From Octopus bimaculoides (lineage: Eukaryota): DNA of 62,173 nucleotides. The notes under the pieces are model-generated. The model worked only from the letters and a program-made list of their open reading frames with translations. It was not told the DNA's origin and ran no database searches. The stretch spans positions 28,937,922-29,000,094 of the forward strand of contig NC_068982.1 of NCBI RefSeq assembly GCF_001194135.2, written 5' to 3'. Positions 23,888 through 36,444 of the stretch are shown piece after piece (positions within the stretch are counted from its first letter, which is position 1; every line of letters starts with the position of its first letter). A program made the translations under genes and the position numbers.

Positions 23888-25289
23888 CGTTATGTAATGT
23901 AGGATTTCTTTGCATTTCGATGCAAAGAAATATTTACAACTACAGAGAATTGTTTAAGTCATTCTTATCCATTGAGACAAAAAACACATTAAATAACGCG
24001 TGCACAGAAAATATTAAATAAATGGCATATTTCTCTGACAGTATTTCATTCCCAAAAGCTAAGAATAAAGGGAAATGAAAAGATGTAGTTTTTGATTTCC
24101 CAGAGCACTTGCGATATGTGTCTACTTTATGCCCCTCTAGCTCTGAATTTAACATCAATTTTTAAGGTGTGATAATAAATTATTATAAATGATAACATTT
24201 TTGATGAGCGTGTGAAGGTAATAGAAAGGCCACCCAAGCACAAGCGCCATTGCAAAAGTGCTAGGTATGTGAAAAAATAGAGAACGACCAAAGTGAAGAA
24301 CCGATAAACAGGATTAGACAAGGCGAAGAGATCAGCCAACTATCAGTTGACAGTGTGCTAGTAAGCCATCATTATTGTATCTATCATCTATTTTATAACA
24401 TTGTAAATATACGATATATACGTGTGCGTGTGTGTGTATCTGCATGTATGTATGTATGAATGTATGTATGTATGTATGTATTAATATTTGGCAGAAGTAA
24501 CAGAATGAATGACTCAAGAGCCAAGTGTTTCGAGCGTTAGCACTCACCGAACGCACAAAACTCTTGCCCATTTCTCATTCTGTTACTTTTGCGAAATATG
24601 TGTGCGTGTGGTGTGTATAAATATACCTCCGTTAAAATTATGGGATTTATTTCTGTTCCCTTTTAATATTTCGTAATATATTTACTCCAATTTCTTCTTG
24701 TGTTTCTTGTTGTTAAGCAACTCTTGTTCCCAATTCACGTTAAACATTGGACATATACAAAATGACTTTTGACAGTATATGAGACCTTGCAAGAAAAAGC
24801 GTTATTTGTGAATGAATTTTGTCTCTGTGACTAAGAAATTCTTGTTTGGTTACTAATTACCTGGTGCATATTTGAAAGGTCGCCTCTTCACATTCTTACT
24901 CTTACGCTCTATCTATATACTTCATTATCTTCGGTGACTCTCACACAGTATCTCTAATTCTGTTATATTGCTCATCATTTTTCTTCCCACCGCTCCTCTT
25001 TCACTCGCCCTAATTCTTTCTCTCTCGCTTTTCCATCTATCCGATATTCCTATATCTGTTCCTCTCACACCCTGTTTTCTTTCCTTGGTGACTACTTGCA
25101 ATCTCTTTCTCTGCAATGTATCAAAGTATATCGAAATAATGTTGTGCTTTGCCATTGAACTTTTAACTGAAATACCTCTTAAGTACCAAAAGCAATTTCT
25201 TACTTGGTGTATATACTGTGTTAAGCATACTTAATCCTCAAGTAAACTATAAACGGCGATATTAGGAAGATAAACTGATCTTTTATGAG

Positions 25290-25450
25290 TCAGTCACCAA
25301 TAGCACATTTATCAACTGGTTCAATGATGTTAGTAATAAGTTTAGGGCTAGATTCACACAGTTCGGTATCGTGGACTTCTGTCCCTCGATACTATGATCC
25401 CTGCTGATCAAGGCCACTGAAATTGGCGGTTGAAGAGAAAAGAGACTAAA
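25290..25450 (+). mobile_element. Degenerate Penelope-like reverse transcriptase fragment
   Basis: The frame from 25308 reads FINWFNDVSNKFRARFTQFGIVDFCPSIL*SLLIKA, resembling the PLE RT motif (WF.......F.QFDIVDFYPSI...LL.KA). Confidence 0.55.
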
Positions 25451-25534
25451 GCTTGTTGTAAGCATAGTAAGATATTTTCCTTGGGCCACGAAACTTAAAG
25501 TGATGTCAGTAAGCATCTAATATACAGTATAATA

Positions 25535-25675
25535 AACGTCCTGAGTTCGAATTCCGTCGAGGTCGACTTTACTTTTCATCCTTTCGGGATTGGTAAAATA
25601 AGTACCAATTGATCATTAGGGTCCATGTAATCGACTTACCCTCACCCTTAAAACTGCTGGCGTTGTGCCAAAATT
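25535..25675 (+). mobile_element. SINE family B, 5'-truncated
   Basis: ctgagttcgaattccgtcgaggtcgactttacttttcatcctttcggg...aagtacc...gtaatcgactta...tgtgccaaaatt. Confidence 0.8.
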
Positions 25676-26410
25676 ATTATTATCATTGAGTGAGAAAGCA
25701 GTGCATGTCATTAAAGTGACACTGGAGTAAAATATATAAAGCCCAGTATACACATCATGACTACCCGTCTGATAAGGATACACCAGGCACATGCATCACA
25801 ACCATATGTGCGTGACATGGTGATCTCATATCAAGATAAACAGCGCATGACCTTGTAGGTGGGGCCCAGTTAGAATTTTCTTGAGGTTGAATAGCCCATC
25901 CCGCTCAAATGGTTCTTCAATAAGGGTTATTTAAGGATGTTGAGTGAAACAGCCATGTTTCCAGAGGTGAATTATTCAAACACCAAAGAATTCCTCTCAA
26001 AACTTGGCTATGATGCTCCACCACTACTTCTGTTCGTGAACAGGGATGCCCATATCCTTTTCTACTCTAGGCACAAGGCCCGAAATTTTGGGGGAGGAGG
26101 GAGCAGTGGATTAGATTGACCTCAGTACGCAACTGGTACTTAATTTATCGACCCCCGAAAGGATGAAAAGCAAAGTTGACTTCCGCGGAATTTGAACTCG
26201 AAACGTAGACAGACGAAATACCGCTAAGCATTTCGCCCGGCGTGCTAACGTTTCTGCCAGCTGGCCACCTTAGAGATGCACATATCATCAGCCACCAAAG
26301 GACATGCTCAACTGGTTAAGGTCAAGCAAGTGGTATTGAGCAGAATATTTGCTGTAGCCCATTTTTTATACCAAGACAAAACAATGTACATGATAACACT
26401 TTCAACCATA
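25676..26410 (-). mobile_element. Probable LINE 3' remnant with (TAA)n end, interrupted by SINE-B
   Basis: GC-richer non-SINE repeat-like block ending (on the minus strand) in ...gcactgctttctcactcaatgataataat. Split by a TSD-flanked SINE. Clade not determined. Confidence 0.45.
26057..26271 (-). mobile_element. SINE family B with alternative tail (cttgtgcctagagtagaaa)
   Basis: Family B head and core. TSD agggatgcccatatc (26042-26056) / agagatgcacatatc (26272-26286). Confidence 0.85.
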
Positions 26411-26859
26411 CTTTGATGCGACTTTCATTGACGGGCAAATTAACGTAAAGCGAATGAAATAAGATAAATATCGTTATTGAAGATGAAATATCATAATATC
26501 AGTGAGGTATTACGAGAAAGTATTTTTTGTACCTCTTTCAACACTGTAACAAGAGTTTCACTATAACTTCTGCTGGAATTCAGATAAATGCAGGTAAATG
26601 TATCGAGTTAAATAAATCACGGTCTCTCTCTCCCCTTACACGACTAAAATGTCATTTGTTAGCTTCTTATAAATCGTTCTCAAACACCTAACACCGATTT
26701 TTATTTATCCAAGCAATGTATTTATTTAAAAGTTTTATCAAATTCCTTTCGATCAAATTTTACCTTATCACTCATTCATGTCTTATCACTATAACATGTT
26801 TTGATCATTCTCTCTTTCTGTCTTTCTTTCATTCTTTCCGGTAACTTCTAGTAGATGAG

Positions 26860-26897
26860 AAACCAGATGTCAAAACCAGATGTCAAAACCAGATGTC
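26860..26897. repeat. 13-bp tandem repeat x3 (AAAACCAGATGTC)
   Basis: Direct reading of the sequence. Confidence 0.85.
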
Positions 26898-27384
26898 TCC
26901 CAGAATCTCTAGGGCTAATGAGCCAAATGTATTATAAACCCATTGTTGTAAAAGGAAGTTCTTCTGTGACATGCACAACAGCGACTAGCATACTAGCGTT
27001 AGAATCTGCCGAAATGTATTGAGAATAATTATGCAGATCTTTGCTCCTTTCTTCTCTTCTTACTTCTTTTTTTTTTTTTTTTTTTGTCAGGCATTGTACC
27101 TTTTCCTTTTTTCTTCACTTGATTTTTCTGAGATTATACAAATACAGGGATTAAATGTATCTTTAGCTAAGACTGGACTCGTCTTTCTTGTTTCTTTATA
27201 TAAATATTTGCCCAACGTTAAAATATCGTTTTCTTTTTTCTTTCTGATTTATCCAATCTACCGGCCGAATTTCTTTTTAATATTCCAATATTTTCATATC
27301 CTAACATATCTTTTTTGTTATTTCTCACGTGGATAGTTTTTCTAAACTAGACATATGTATGTATGTAAAATGTATGTGTGTGTG

Positions 27385-27428
<44 letters not shown>

Positions 27429-27859
27429 GTATACATGTATGAGTGTATGTCTATATCATTTAGTATTATTCATATTTACATTTATCTATGCATACGTTGT
27501 CCACGCGCTATGTAAGTTAGCGCTTAGCAAACAGTTCTGCAAGGTTGTATACACTCTCGTTTGTATAGCAGAGGCCATGCCTGTCAGTAATAGATATGTC
27601 CGATTTGTTAAGGCGATCTTTCAGCTACCTTGAGAAACGTTATATTAATAATAAAAGGGTTGTACACTTCTTTTCATGGTAAACTTGAATATGTCACACG
27701 CACATACAAAAAAGGAAATATAAACGAACAATTTAAATATAACAACCTAGACTAACGTATACATTGAGAAGCTGATGAATGAAGGGGGAAATAATATTTT
27801 ATTCATATTTGTATTACTATCAGTCTTACTCATGGCTACAAGTTGTAGCTTCTTTCATC

Positions 27860-27943
27860 TTATCTTTAGTCATTGTTTCAGTCATTGGACTGCGGCCAAG
27901 CTGGGACACAGCCTGGAAGGTTTCGTCAATGAAAGCCAACTCA

Positions 27944-27945
<2 letters not shown>
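27860..27945 (-). mobile_element. SINE family A tail fragment
   Basis: ttgtttcagtcattggactgcggccaagctgggacac is the reverse complement of the family A tail. Confidence 0.7.
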
Positions 27946-27974
<29 letters not shown>

Positions 27975-29081
27975 NNNNNNNNNNNNNNNNNNNNNNNNNN
28001 NNNNNNNNNNNNNNNNNNNNNNNNNNNNNNNNNNNNNNNNNNNNNNNNNNNNNNNNNNNNNNNNNNNNNNNNNNNNNNNNNNNNNNNNNNNNNNNNNNNN
28101 NNNNNNNNNNNNNNNNNNNNNNNNNNNNNNNNNNNNNNNNNNNNNNNNNNNNNNNNNNNNNNNNNNNNNNNNNNNNNNNNNNNNNNNNNNNNNNNNNNNN
28201 NNNNNNNNNNNNNNNNNNNNNNNNNNNNNNNNNNNNNNNNNNNNNNNNNNNNNNNNNNNNNNNNNNNNNNNNNNNNNNNNNNNNNNNNNNNNNNNNNNNN
28301 NNNNNNNNNNNNNNNNNNNNNNNNNNNNNNNNNNNNNNNNNNNNNNNNNNNNNNNNNNNNNNNNNNNNNNNNNNNNNNNNNNNNNNNNNNNNNNNNNNNN
28401 NNNNNNNNNNNNNNNNNNNNNNNNNNNNNNNNNNNNNNNNNNNNNNNNNNNNNNNNNNNNNNNNNNNNNNNNNNNNNNNNNNNNNNNNNNNNNNNNNNNN
28501 NNNNNNNNNNNNNNNNNNNNNNNNNNNNNNNNNNNNNNNNNNNNNNNNNNNNNNNNNNNNNNNNNNNNNNNNNNNNNNNNNNNNNNNNNNNNNNNNNNNN
28601 NNNNNNNNNNNNNNNNNNNNNNNNNNNNNNNNNNNNNNNNNNNNNNNNNNNNNNNNNNNNNNNNNNNNNNNNNNNNNNNNNNNNNNNNNNNNNNNNNNNN
28701 NNNNNNNNNNNNNNNNNNNNNNNNNNNNNNNNNNNNNNNNNNNNNNNNNNNNNNNNNNNNNNNNNNNNNNNNNNNNNNNNNNNNNNNNNNNNNNNNNNNN
28801 NNNNNNNNNNNNNNNNNNNNNNNNNNNNNNNNNNNNNNNNNNNNNNNNNNNNNNNNNNNNNNNNNNNNNNNNNNNNNNNNNNNNNNNNNNNNNNNNNNNN
28901 NNNNNNNNNNNNNNNNNNNNNNCTGCAGCACGAACGGAAAAAGAAGCAAATATATATATATATATATATATATAATCTTTTTAAAGTGTGGTACTTATTC
29001 TATCGATCTGATTTGCCTTACCACGAAGACGTACACAAACCAATACTCGTCAAGCACTGGGAGGGGGCGGGTTACAAAAAC

Positions 29082-29113
<32 letters not shown>

Positions 29114-30419
29114 GCATATATGTAGCACGTAAACACACATATATATGCACACACACAACGGACAGATTAAAGTGTCCCCGCTACTCCACAGATTCACACT
29201 AACAAAATATACAACAATTGATTTGTTTTGACTAAGCATATGATTAAACTTTGTTCAGGGAATTCATTTCAGCGTATTATTGCTACTGGAATTATGTAAA
29301 ACTAATTCATGTAGGACTTTCGCAGAATTTGATCAAATAACATAGAAGGATACAACTTGATATCTGAATGTATCCAATAATCTCATTCATAGTCTTACAC
29401 ACATATACACACACATGCACTGCTTCCCCTCCCCCGTTACTTAGACATATTCAGAATAATAAGATCAATTGAAATCAAATATATAGAAGGAATTGAATCC
29501 AAATGGGAATCAAAGCTGTTTGAGGGATCAGGTTAACGGAAATTTTGTGTTTCCTCAACAATGTTATATTTTATAAATACACATATAATGAAAATGGGCC
29601 ACAACCTTGTTTCTTGTTGCAAGTAACGTATAAACTACTGCTACGACATTCGACATTAATTCAACAGGACGTATCAGAATACTCATAGGCATCAACAAAT
29701 AAATGCACAATTGCAAAAATGGTTATTATTCTATCCTATATGCTAAGTGAAAAGTCCTGTTGTCTTTGCTCTCTACATTGCTTGGTTAATGCTGTAGTGC
29801 GGTCAGAGGTGACCCTTAGAAACCGTATAAATTCCTTTTGCATAATAATTTGTAACTATCCTTGTAGGTATATTTACATATAGGTGGTTGGTGCATTTGT
29901 AGACAATTCGTTTCTTCGAAGAGTGTAGTGTTGGTCAACAATCCCTGGGATATGGGATCTGCATAACTTCCACTGAGCCACTCTGCTCAGCAAGTAATTT
30001 TAAGCAAATCTTGGTACATAATATATTAATTCTTTTATTGTAAGTTTTGGGCTTCATTACTTCTTTTGCGTCATTCATCATGTTATTGTTTATTTATTTA
30101 ATTCCGTGCATTGGACCGTTTCAGATCTATGAAATATAGCAACTACACAATACATACAGCCAACAGAGATGTTAATTTGCTAACCTAAAGGCGACATTCA
30201 AGAATCACATCTGATAAGCCATGTGCATAGATCAATGCGTTACAATTTTTTTCTGGGTGTCTCTTCATTTGTCATTTCCAGATCAGCCAGAAGCAAATTT
30301 ATTCTATAAAGATTTCCTCATTGCAGCATAGCAAGCGGATGCGCTAGTAAAGATACTTATAATAATTTATTATAAAATAGAAAACATTCCTTTACAACAT
30401 TATTATTTCTGCATTGCAG

Positions 30420-30584
30420 GGAGTTTGTGTTCCAGTACTTACCAACTGGGCGCCGTGGAGTGCATATGGTCCTTGTATGAAGACATGTGGTCAAGGGATT
30501 TCATTCAAACGACGCATGTGCCAGAGCCGTAAACAAGCTGACTGCCCTGGAGAACATACGAAATATAAAATATGTAACGATCAG
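30420..30584 (+). CDS. ADAMTSL1/3-like: ADAMTS-like (punctin/MADD-4-like) gene, exon A: first thrombospondin type-1 repeat
   Basis: Acceptor ttgcag|G and donor CAG|gtaaaa; 165 nt, phase 0-0. Encodes GVCVPVLTNWAPWSAYGPCMKTCGQGISFKRRMCQSRKQADCPGEHTKYKICNDQ, with WxxWS, CxxTCGxG and RxRxC TSP1 motifs. Confidence 0.93.
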
Positions 30585-31289
30585 GTAAAAATATTTACAG
30601 TATTTCTTCTGCTTTAGTCTTGGAATATTAACTTTATTAATTTGCTCTTACATGTTGATATCTATACAAGATACGTGTATATATACAATGGGCAATAGTT
30701 ATTTCTCTATAATTAAGACAAATATTCCCCGTTATAGTGTGTACTGAAGCCCTGTATAAATCAATATTTCTTTTAGCATTCAAGACTGAAGGAAAGATAA
30801 CTACTTGAGAACGTGTAAAATGTTATCGTACTCGGAATTTCTTTTCTTTTTAGCATGTTACTATTTTTGTAGCATATCCTATAGGGCAACTTTGAATACT
30901 TTCGTTTTAGTTGCGTGTCTTCAATTCAGTATTGACGCTACATTTCTACAACAGTTCATATTTATGGACTCCTCGATTCTGAGAAAAAGCTACCTCTCTT
31001 CTTTCTATTGGATCCCACTATACATTAACCTCAGTGTTTCGCCTTTCGCAGTAAACAGTAAACTCCTTGTAATGTGATTTTTTATGATGTTCGTATTTCT
31101 ATGACTGATGCTGTTCTTCCTGAGTTTTCTAGTCTCCGTTTTGCAGTTTTACCTTTTTCTAACGAAATACTAATATTAAGATCTGTTACTAAATCATTCA
31201 TTATAAACGTTTGCTCTCTATATCAAATTCATCCCACAAATTAATACTTCATTTTTGTACGTCCTTTATTCACTTTTTTTATAGAACAC

Positions 31290-31480
31290 TAATTTCACAT
31301 TCATCTAGTGCCTCCACTGGTCTTGTCTCTCTCCTTGATCGAGTCCAGAAGCGAGTTTCTAATTTTTTTGCTTCTATTTATGAACTCTAACTTCAACCCC
31401 TTTCTTGTTTCCAAAACACTGTTTCTTTATCTCTATTCTAAAATCGCTTCTATGCCGAATTTCTTCTCCTGTACAACCTC
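31290..31480 (+). mobile_element. Degenerate CR1/Jockey-like RT C-terminal fragment
   Basis: Reads SSSASTGLVSLLDRVQKRVSNF, similar to the LINE motif L..LDRVQKRA.R. Confidence 0.4.
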
Positions 31481-33165
31481 TTAAATTTAAAAATTGGGTG
31501 ATATGTCTTTATCAGTTCTTATCCTTTCACTGCTCTCGTTCCCTCAGATAAGAAGAATAAGAAAATCTCTTATTCACATAAAACAATTTTAGTAGCTTTT
31601 TAAAATGTTATATTGGCCATTTTACGTTTTTTAGAGCGGGTACTTTCTCACTTCTTCTGTAACTCTTGAAGCCTGTTTACTTACTACCTTGTTGGAGTGG
31701 GGTTAACTTCCATTATAAAAAATAAATCTACTTTATATCTGATATTAGAATCTAGTTGGCTATTATTTTCTTTAAAAAATTTAATGGTTTGAAAACTTGT
31801 TATCAGAATCCAAAATTTTCGCTGTAGAACATGTGATATTTCCATGAGACGTTTGAGTGTTTATAAATATATATTTTAAATACAAAGATATAGAATATCA
31901 ATGAAAGTCTCTCGGGGTAAAAAACATTCTCAAGATTCCAGTGGAACTTCAAATTGTCTCTTACTTACTTCTCAAATGTGTACTGATAATATGTGGCAAG
32001 AGTATTTTAGATAAATATTTGTATATATTTACTGACTTATTGACACATCTATCTTTTAATTTCAAACTAGATATACAGTTACCTCATTAAACGAATTAGC
32101 AGCATTTTAACTTTTGAACCACCCTATTATTAGTCAATTAGGAATGTTTGTGATACAGAAGCACCAGCAAATATTATTAAAGTGACAAGTAGCATATTGA
32201 TATAAGCAGTATAAATTACACCTATTACAGCCATAATATTACTACTATGGTGGCTGATATAATATAGTCTCACGAAATATAAATATTTCCTTTTTATGTC
32301 AAATATTAAAGAGTCGGGCATTTTGCAGCTTGGTGAATATTTGACACACTTTTAAATTGTGTAAGCTTAGATATCCAGTGCAGAAGTATTGGATAATAGA
32401 CGTATGAAATTTATAAAAAATAAGTAGAGTAAATTGTTTGATGTGCTGAAATATAAAACCACAATTTTATTAAAGCAATGCTTTAGATCAGGGATTCCCA
32501 AACTGAGATAAATTTGCGTTCTGGGAATAATTTACTGATTCTGGTTTTGTAAATATATTTTTCATTATAATTTTAAAAAATCTGGAGTTGAGAAGAAAAT
32601 TTAAACTGGTCCTTTGTTTTTCTTCCTATCCCTTTGGATTTAATAATTCATATTGTACACCTCTTGCCTGTTGTGTTACTAATGAAGTAGTTTGATTCAG
32701 AAGACTGTTTGTTCTGATGTCTGTTCAAAAATAAAATGACATTGCTATGTGTTAGGCTTGTTGTTATTGTTATTTGAACTTAATAATGTTTGACGAGAGG
32801 ATTTTAAATTTCCTCTTTGTCCATTGTTTCATGGTGGTATAGGTTTAAACTCCAGTTTCAGAACAAAAGCGATTAGTTGTATATTTAATTTCAAAAAGAT
32901 GTCGGGATGTAAATGGAAACTAAAGAGCTGGGAAAACTCATACATTCCATGAATGAAAAAGAAAATATTCCTTGAAAGAATGAGGTAAAATTTGGAGACA
33001 ATCAAAATAAGGTGTTTACTTAGTAACTGTAAATCTCGCGTGTAGAAATTCAAAACTTCCGCAAAATCTTATACTTATTTCTGTCATATTATGAATGGAA
33101 GATATATTACCGACGTTATGTTTTTGCAGTTGGTTGCAGTCATAAAGGGTTAACCTCCTCTGTTA

Positions 33166-33392
33166 ACATCTCTTTCAGCTGGCTAACGACACACATTCTG
33201 TGTCCGATTAGTATTTGCGCGGGGGTGGTCATCGCACCCATCTCTAGCCTTACGTGATACACACGGACTCGAGTTTCTGGATGGTTACCCATCAGTGTGT
33301 ATCGCATAAGTCTAGAGATGGGAGCGATGATCTCCCCTCGTAAATACTAATCGGACACAGAATGTGTGTCGTTAACCAGCCGGAAGAGATGT
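33166..33392. mobile_element. Palindromic MITE-like element in intron A-B (~99-bp arms, 30-nt spacer)
   Basis: Arms 33166-33264 and 33295-33392 are ~88% complementary by hand alignment, including a perfect 33-bp run taacgacacacattctgtgtccgattagtattt. Confidence 0.85.
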
Positions 33393-34311
33393 CTTTTTGG
33401 GGCTATAAACGTCAGAATCACTGTCCCGTATAGGACGCCACACTTGGCAAATATATGTTACGATTCCGCATTGCTACTGTTTATATCTCGCTCAGAGATT
33501 TAATATAGCCTATATATATATATATATATNNNNNNNNNNNNNNNNNNNNNNNNNNNNNNNNNNNNNNNNNNNNNNNNNNNNNNNNNNNNNNNNNNNNNNN
33601 NNNNNNNNNNNNNNNNNNNNNNNNNNNNNNNNNNNNNNNNNNNNNNNNNNNNNNNNNNNNNNNNNNNNNNNNNNNNNNNNNNNNNNNNNNNNNNNNNNNN
33701 NNNNNNNNNNNNNNNNNNNNNNNNNNNNNNNNNNNNNNNNNNNNNNNNNNNNNNNNNNNNNNNNNNNNNNNNNNNNNNNNNNNNNNNNNNNNNNNNNNNN
33801 NNNNNNNNNNNNNNNNNNNNNNNNNNNNNNNNNNNNNNNNNNNNNNNNNNNNNNNNNNNNNNNNNNNNNNNNNNNNNNNNNNNNNNNNNNNNNNNNNNNN
33901 NNNNNNNNNNNNNNNNNNNNNNNNNNNNNNNNNNNNNNNNNNNNNNNNNNNNNNNNNNNNNNNNNNNNNNNNNNNNNNNNNNNNNNNNNNNNNNNNNNNN
34001 NNNNNNNNNNNNNNNNNNNNNNNNNNNNNNNNNNNNNNNNNNNNNNNNNNNNNNNNNNNNNNNNNNNNNNNNNNNNNNNNNNNNNNNNNNNNNNNNNNNN
34101 NNNNNNNNNNNNNNNNNNNNNNNNNNNNNNNNNNNNNNNNNNNNNNNNNNNNNNNNNNNNNNNNNNNNNNNNNNNNNNNNNNNNNNNNNNNNNNNNNNNN
34201 NNNNNNNNNNNNNNNNNNNNNNNNNNNNNNNNNNNNNNNNNNNNNNNNNNNNNNNNNNNNNNNNNNNNNNNNNNNNNNNNNNNNNNNNNNNNNNNNNNNN
34301 NNNNNNNNNNN

Positions 34312-34546
34312 TGTAAGTGTGTGTATGTGCTTGTGTGTCTGTGTTTGTCCCACCCACCCAGCATCGCTTAACAACCGATGGTGGTGTGTTTACGTCCCCG
34401 TAACTTAGCGGTTCAGCAAAAGAAATCGATTGAATAAGTACTAGGCTTACAAAGAATAAGTCCTGGAGTCGATTTGCTCGACTAAAGGCGATGCTCCAGC
34501 CTGGCAACATTCAAACCACTGAAACAAGTAAAAGAGTAAAGAGTAT
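34312..34546 (+). mobile_element. SINE family A, 3' half, ending ~100 nt before exon B
   Basis: cagcatcgcttaacaaccgatgg...gtaacttagcggttcagc...gatttgctcgactaaaggcgatgctccagc...gaaacaagtaaaagagtaaagag. Confidence 0.88.
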
Positions 34547-34644
34547 TAAAAAATTATTAACACATACGGTACATATAATTTGGAAGATACACTCAAACAT
34601 TCCTTGTCCATTGCATTTTATCTTCTTTTTTTTATATTCAACAG

Positions 34645-34872
34645 GAATGTCCCGGTGGTGCTAGCGATGTACGAAAGTCACTCTGTCAACGTTATAATCA
34701 CGTTGCACAGAAAGGAAAATATTTGTCATGGACCTCAATGGTGGAACCAAATAACATCTGCACACTGGTATGCAAAGCTAATTCAGGTGGACATGTCGTA
34801 AAGTTGCAGTCTGTTGACTTGGATGGGATTGAATGTGGAAATGGATCATACTGCCTTGGTGGAAAATGTTCT
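34645..34872 (+). CDS. ADAMTSL1/3-like: ADAMTS-like gene, exon B: end of TSP1 and ADAMTS cysteine-rich module
   Basis: Polypyrimidine tract plus caacag|GAA, donor TCT|gtaagt; 228 nt, phase 0-0. Encodes ECPGGASDVRKSLCQRYNHVAQKGKYLSWTSMVEPNNICTLVCKANSGGHVVKLQSVDLDGIECGNGSYCLGGKCS, matching the ADAMTS CR pattern (CxxxC...DGxxC...C..G.C). Missed by the ORF track. Confidence 0.93.
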
Positions 34873-35650
34873 GTAAGTATTTACTAAATGTCATTCTTTA
34901 CAATAAACATTTTATTGTGCCTAGCTGCATACTTAAGTTCCTGATCATCCTCGTCTCTGCGTCCTTTTATTTTACTACTCTTTCAAATGTTTCATTCCGT
35001 AATACTGATTCTGTATTTTGAGAATAAATAGATAAATAAATTCGAATTGTGGAATACCATCTGCTCTGCAATGTAATTATCATCAATACCATATACTTAA
35101 CGCGTATGTGTTGTTTAAAAGCTAGAAGGTGCGGTTTTTCCTCCAGAAAAAAATCCCTTTAATAACGTAAAGCGTTAAAAAAATTAATATACTTTAACGA
35201 AATCGTTCAGGAATTAATCACGAGAGAGGTAGATACCGTATTTCGCCGTAGTTGCCGCTTATCAATGCTGCGCTCTCGTGTCATCTCCGAAATAAAATCG
35301 AAATCTCTAGTCTGTAATATATACAGATAATGTATAAATTATCTGCTGAATTGCAATCGCTCCGCATAAGTAGAATAAATTCGAATGATGCAATGGAGGC
35401 AGCTTTGTAATAAGAACGTTATCAATACTGCTTATTTAATGTAAATATGTTCTTTAAACGCTACAAGCTACGGTTTTTAGTTCTGGGAAATCCCTGTAAG
35501 GACTTATAGTGTTAAAAAGCATAATATACTTTAGACGTTGTGTTTAACGTTTTTTTTTTTTTTGTGACGTCCTGTACCCATATATGCATGTATGTATACA
35601 TATAGCTGTAGATATGTACATATATGTATGGGTATATGCATATGTTTATA

Positions 35651-35694
<44 letters not shown>

Positions 35695-36276
35695 GGAATG
35701 AGCAGTTACTCGTAATGTAGTAGAGAAATAAGATACTTTTTAGGTTAAGAAAAACGGTGCGCATAATTTATAAATTTCGTTAATTTTATTAGTAACAATT
35801 TTTAACTGTAATTTTTCTTCCAACCGACACTAAAGAAGCTACAAAAAGTTAGAGAATAGAAATAATAACATTTAAGATTATAATTCTGCTTGACATCACT
35901 TCAAAGTGATACAGTTCTAAATGAAGTCATCACAAACTTCTTTAGAAAAAATGTGATAACATTTTAATCCAAAATACCGTTGTTAATTAAGAAAATGTTT
36001 GTTGATTATCGAAACAGCAATAGTGTTCTTTCACATTTATCAGGTTGGTTTCTCCTTTCTTTTCGTATTAGTTGCTTGATATATAATATTAATAAAAAGC
36101 AAAGAGTTTTCTTATTAATTTTGATTAAGCGATTTGGTTGGATTCGAACGAGTGTTGACTAAGAGCAAATCGTACTTATGACATAAATTATACATTTTGT
36201 ATCTTTATTTTATGCATCAAGAAAATGACAGCATTGTAACTGATATACATACATACATACATTGATGTGTGCGTGC

Positions 36277-36308
<32 letters not shown>

Positions 36309-36444
36309 ACATATATTTAATCACTGCCAATGTTTTAGCGACGTGTGTGGTTCATGGCCAAAACTGAAACTAAATTTACGTGCAAATCATAACAAGTACT
36401 TGATAAATTGAATTTGTATTCAAATGAATCTTATATTTTTGCAG

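Noticed and set aside
25937-26119. ORF MLSETAMFPEVNYSNTKEF...
   Set aside because: It runs antisense through a LINE remnant into a SINE tail.
27772-27810. CTGATGA...GAAAT as a hammerhead
   Set aside because: No stem I or stem II can form.
29903-29993. Exon-like segment TIRFFEECSVGQQSLGYGICITSTEPLCSA (ag...gtaatt)
   Set aside because: It ends in phase 1 while exon A starts in phase 0, the other frames have stops, and no domain match is evident. It could still be a UTR exon.
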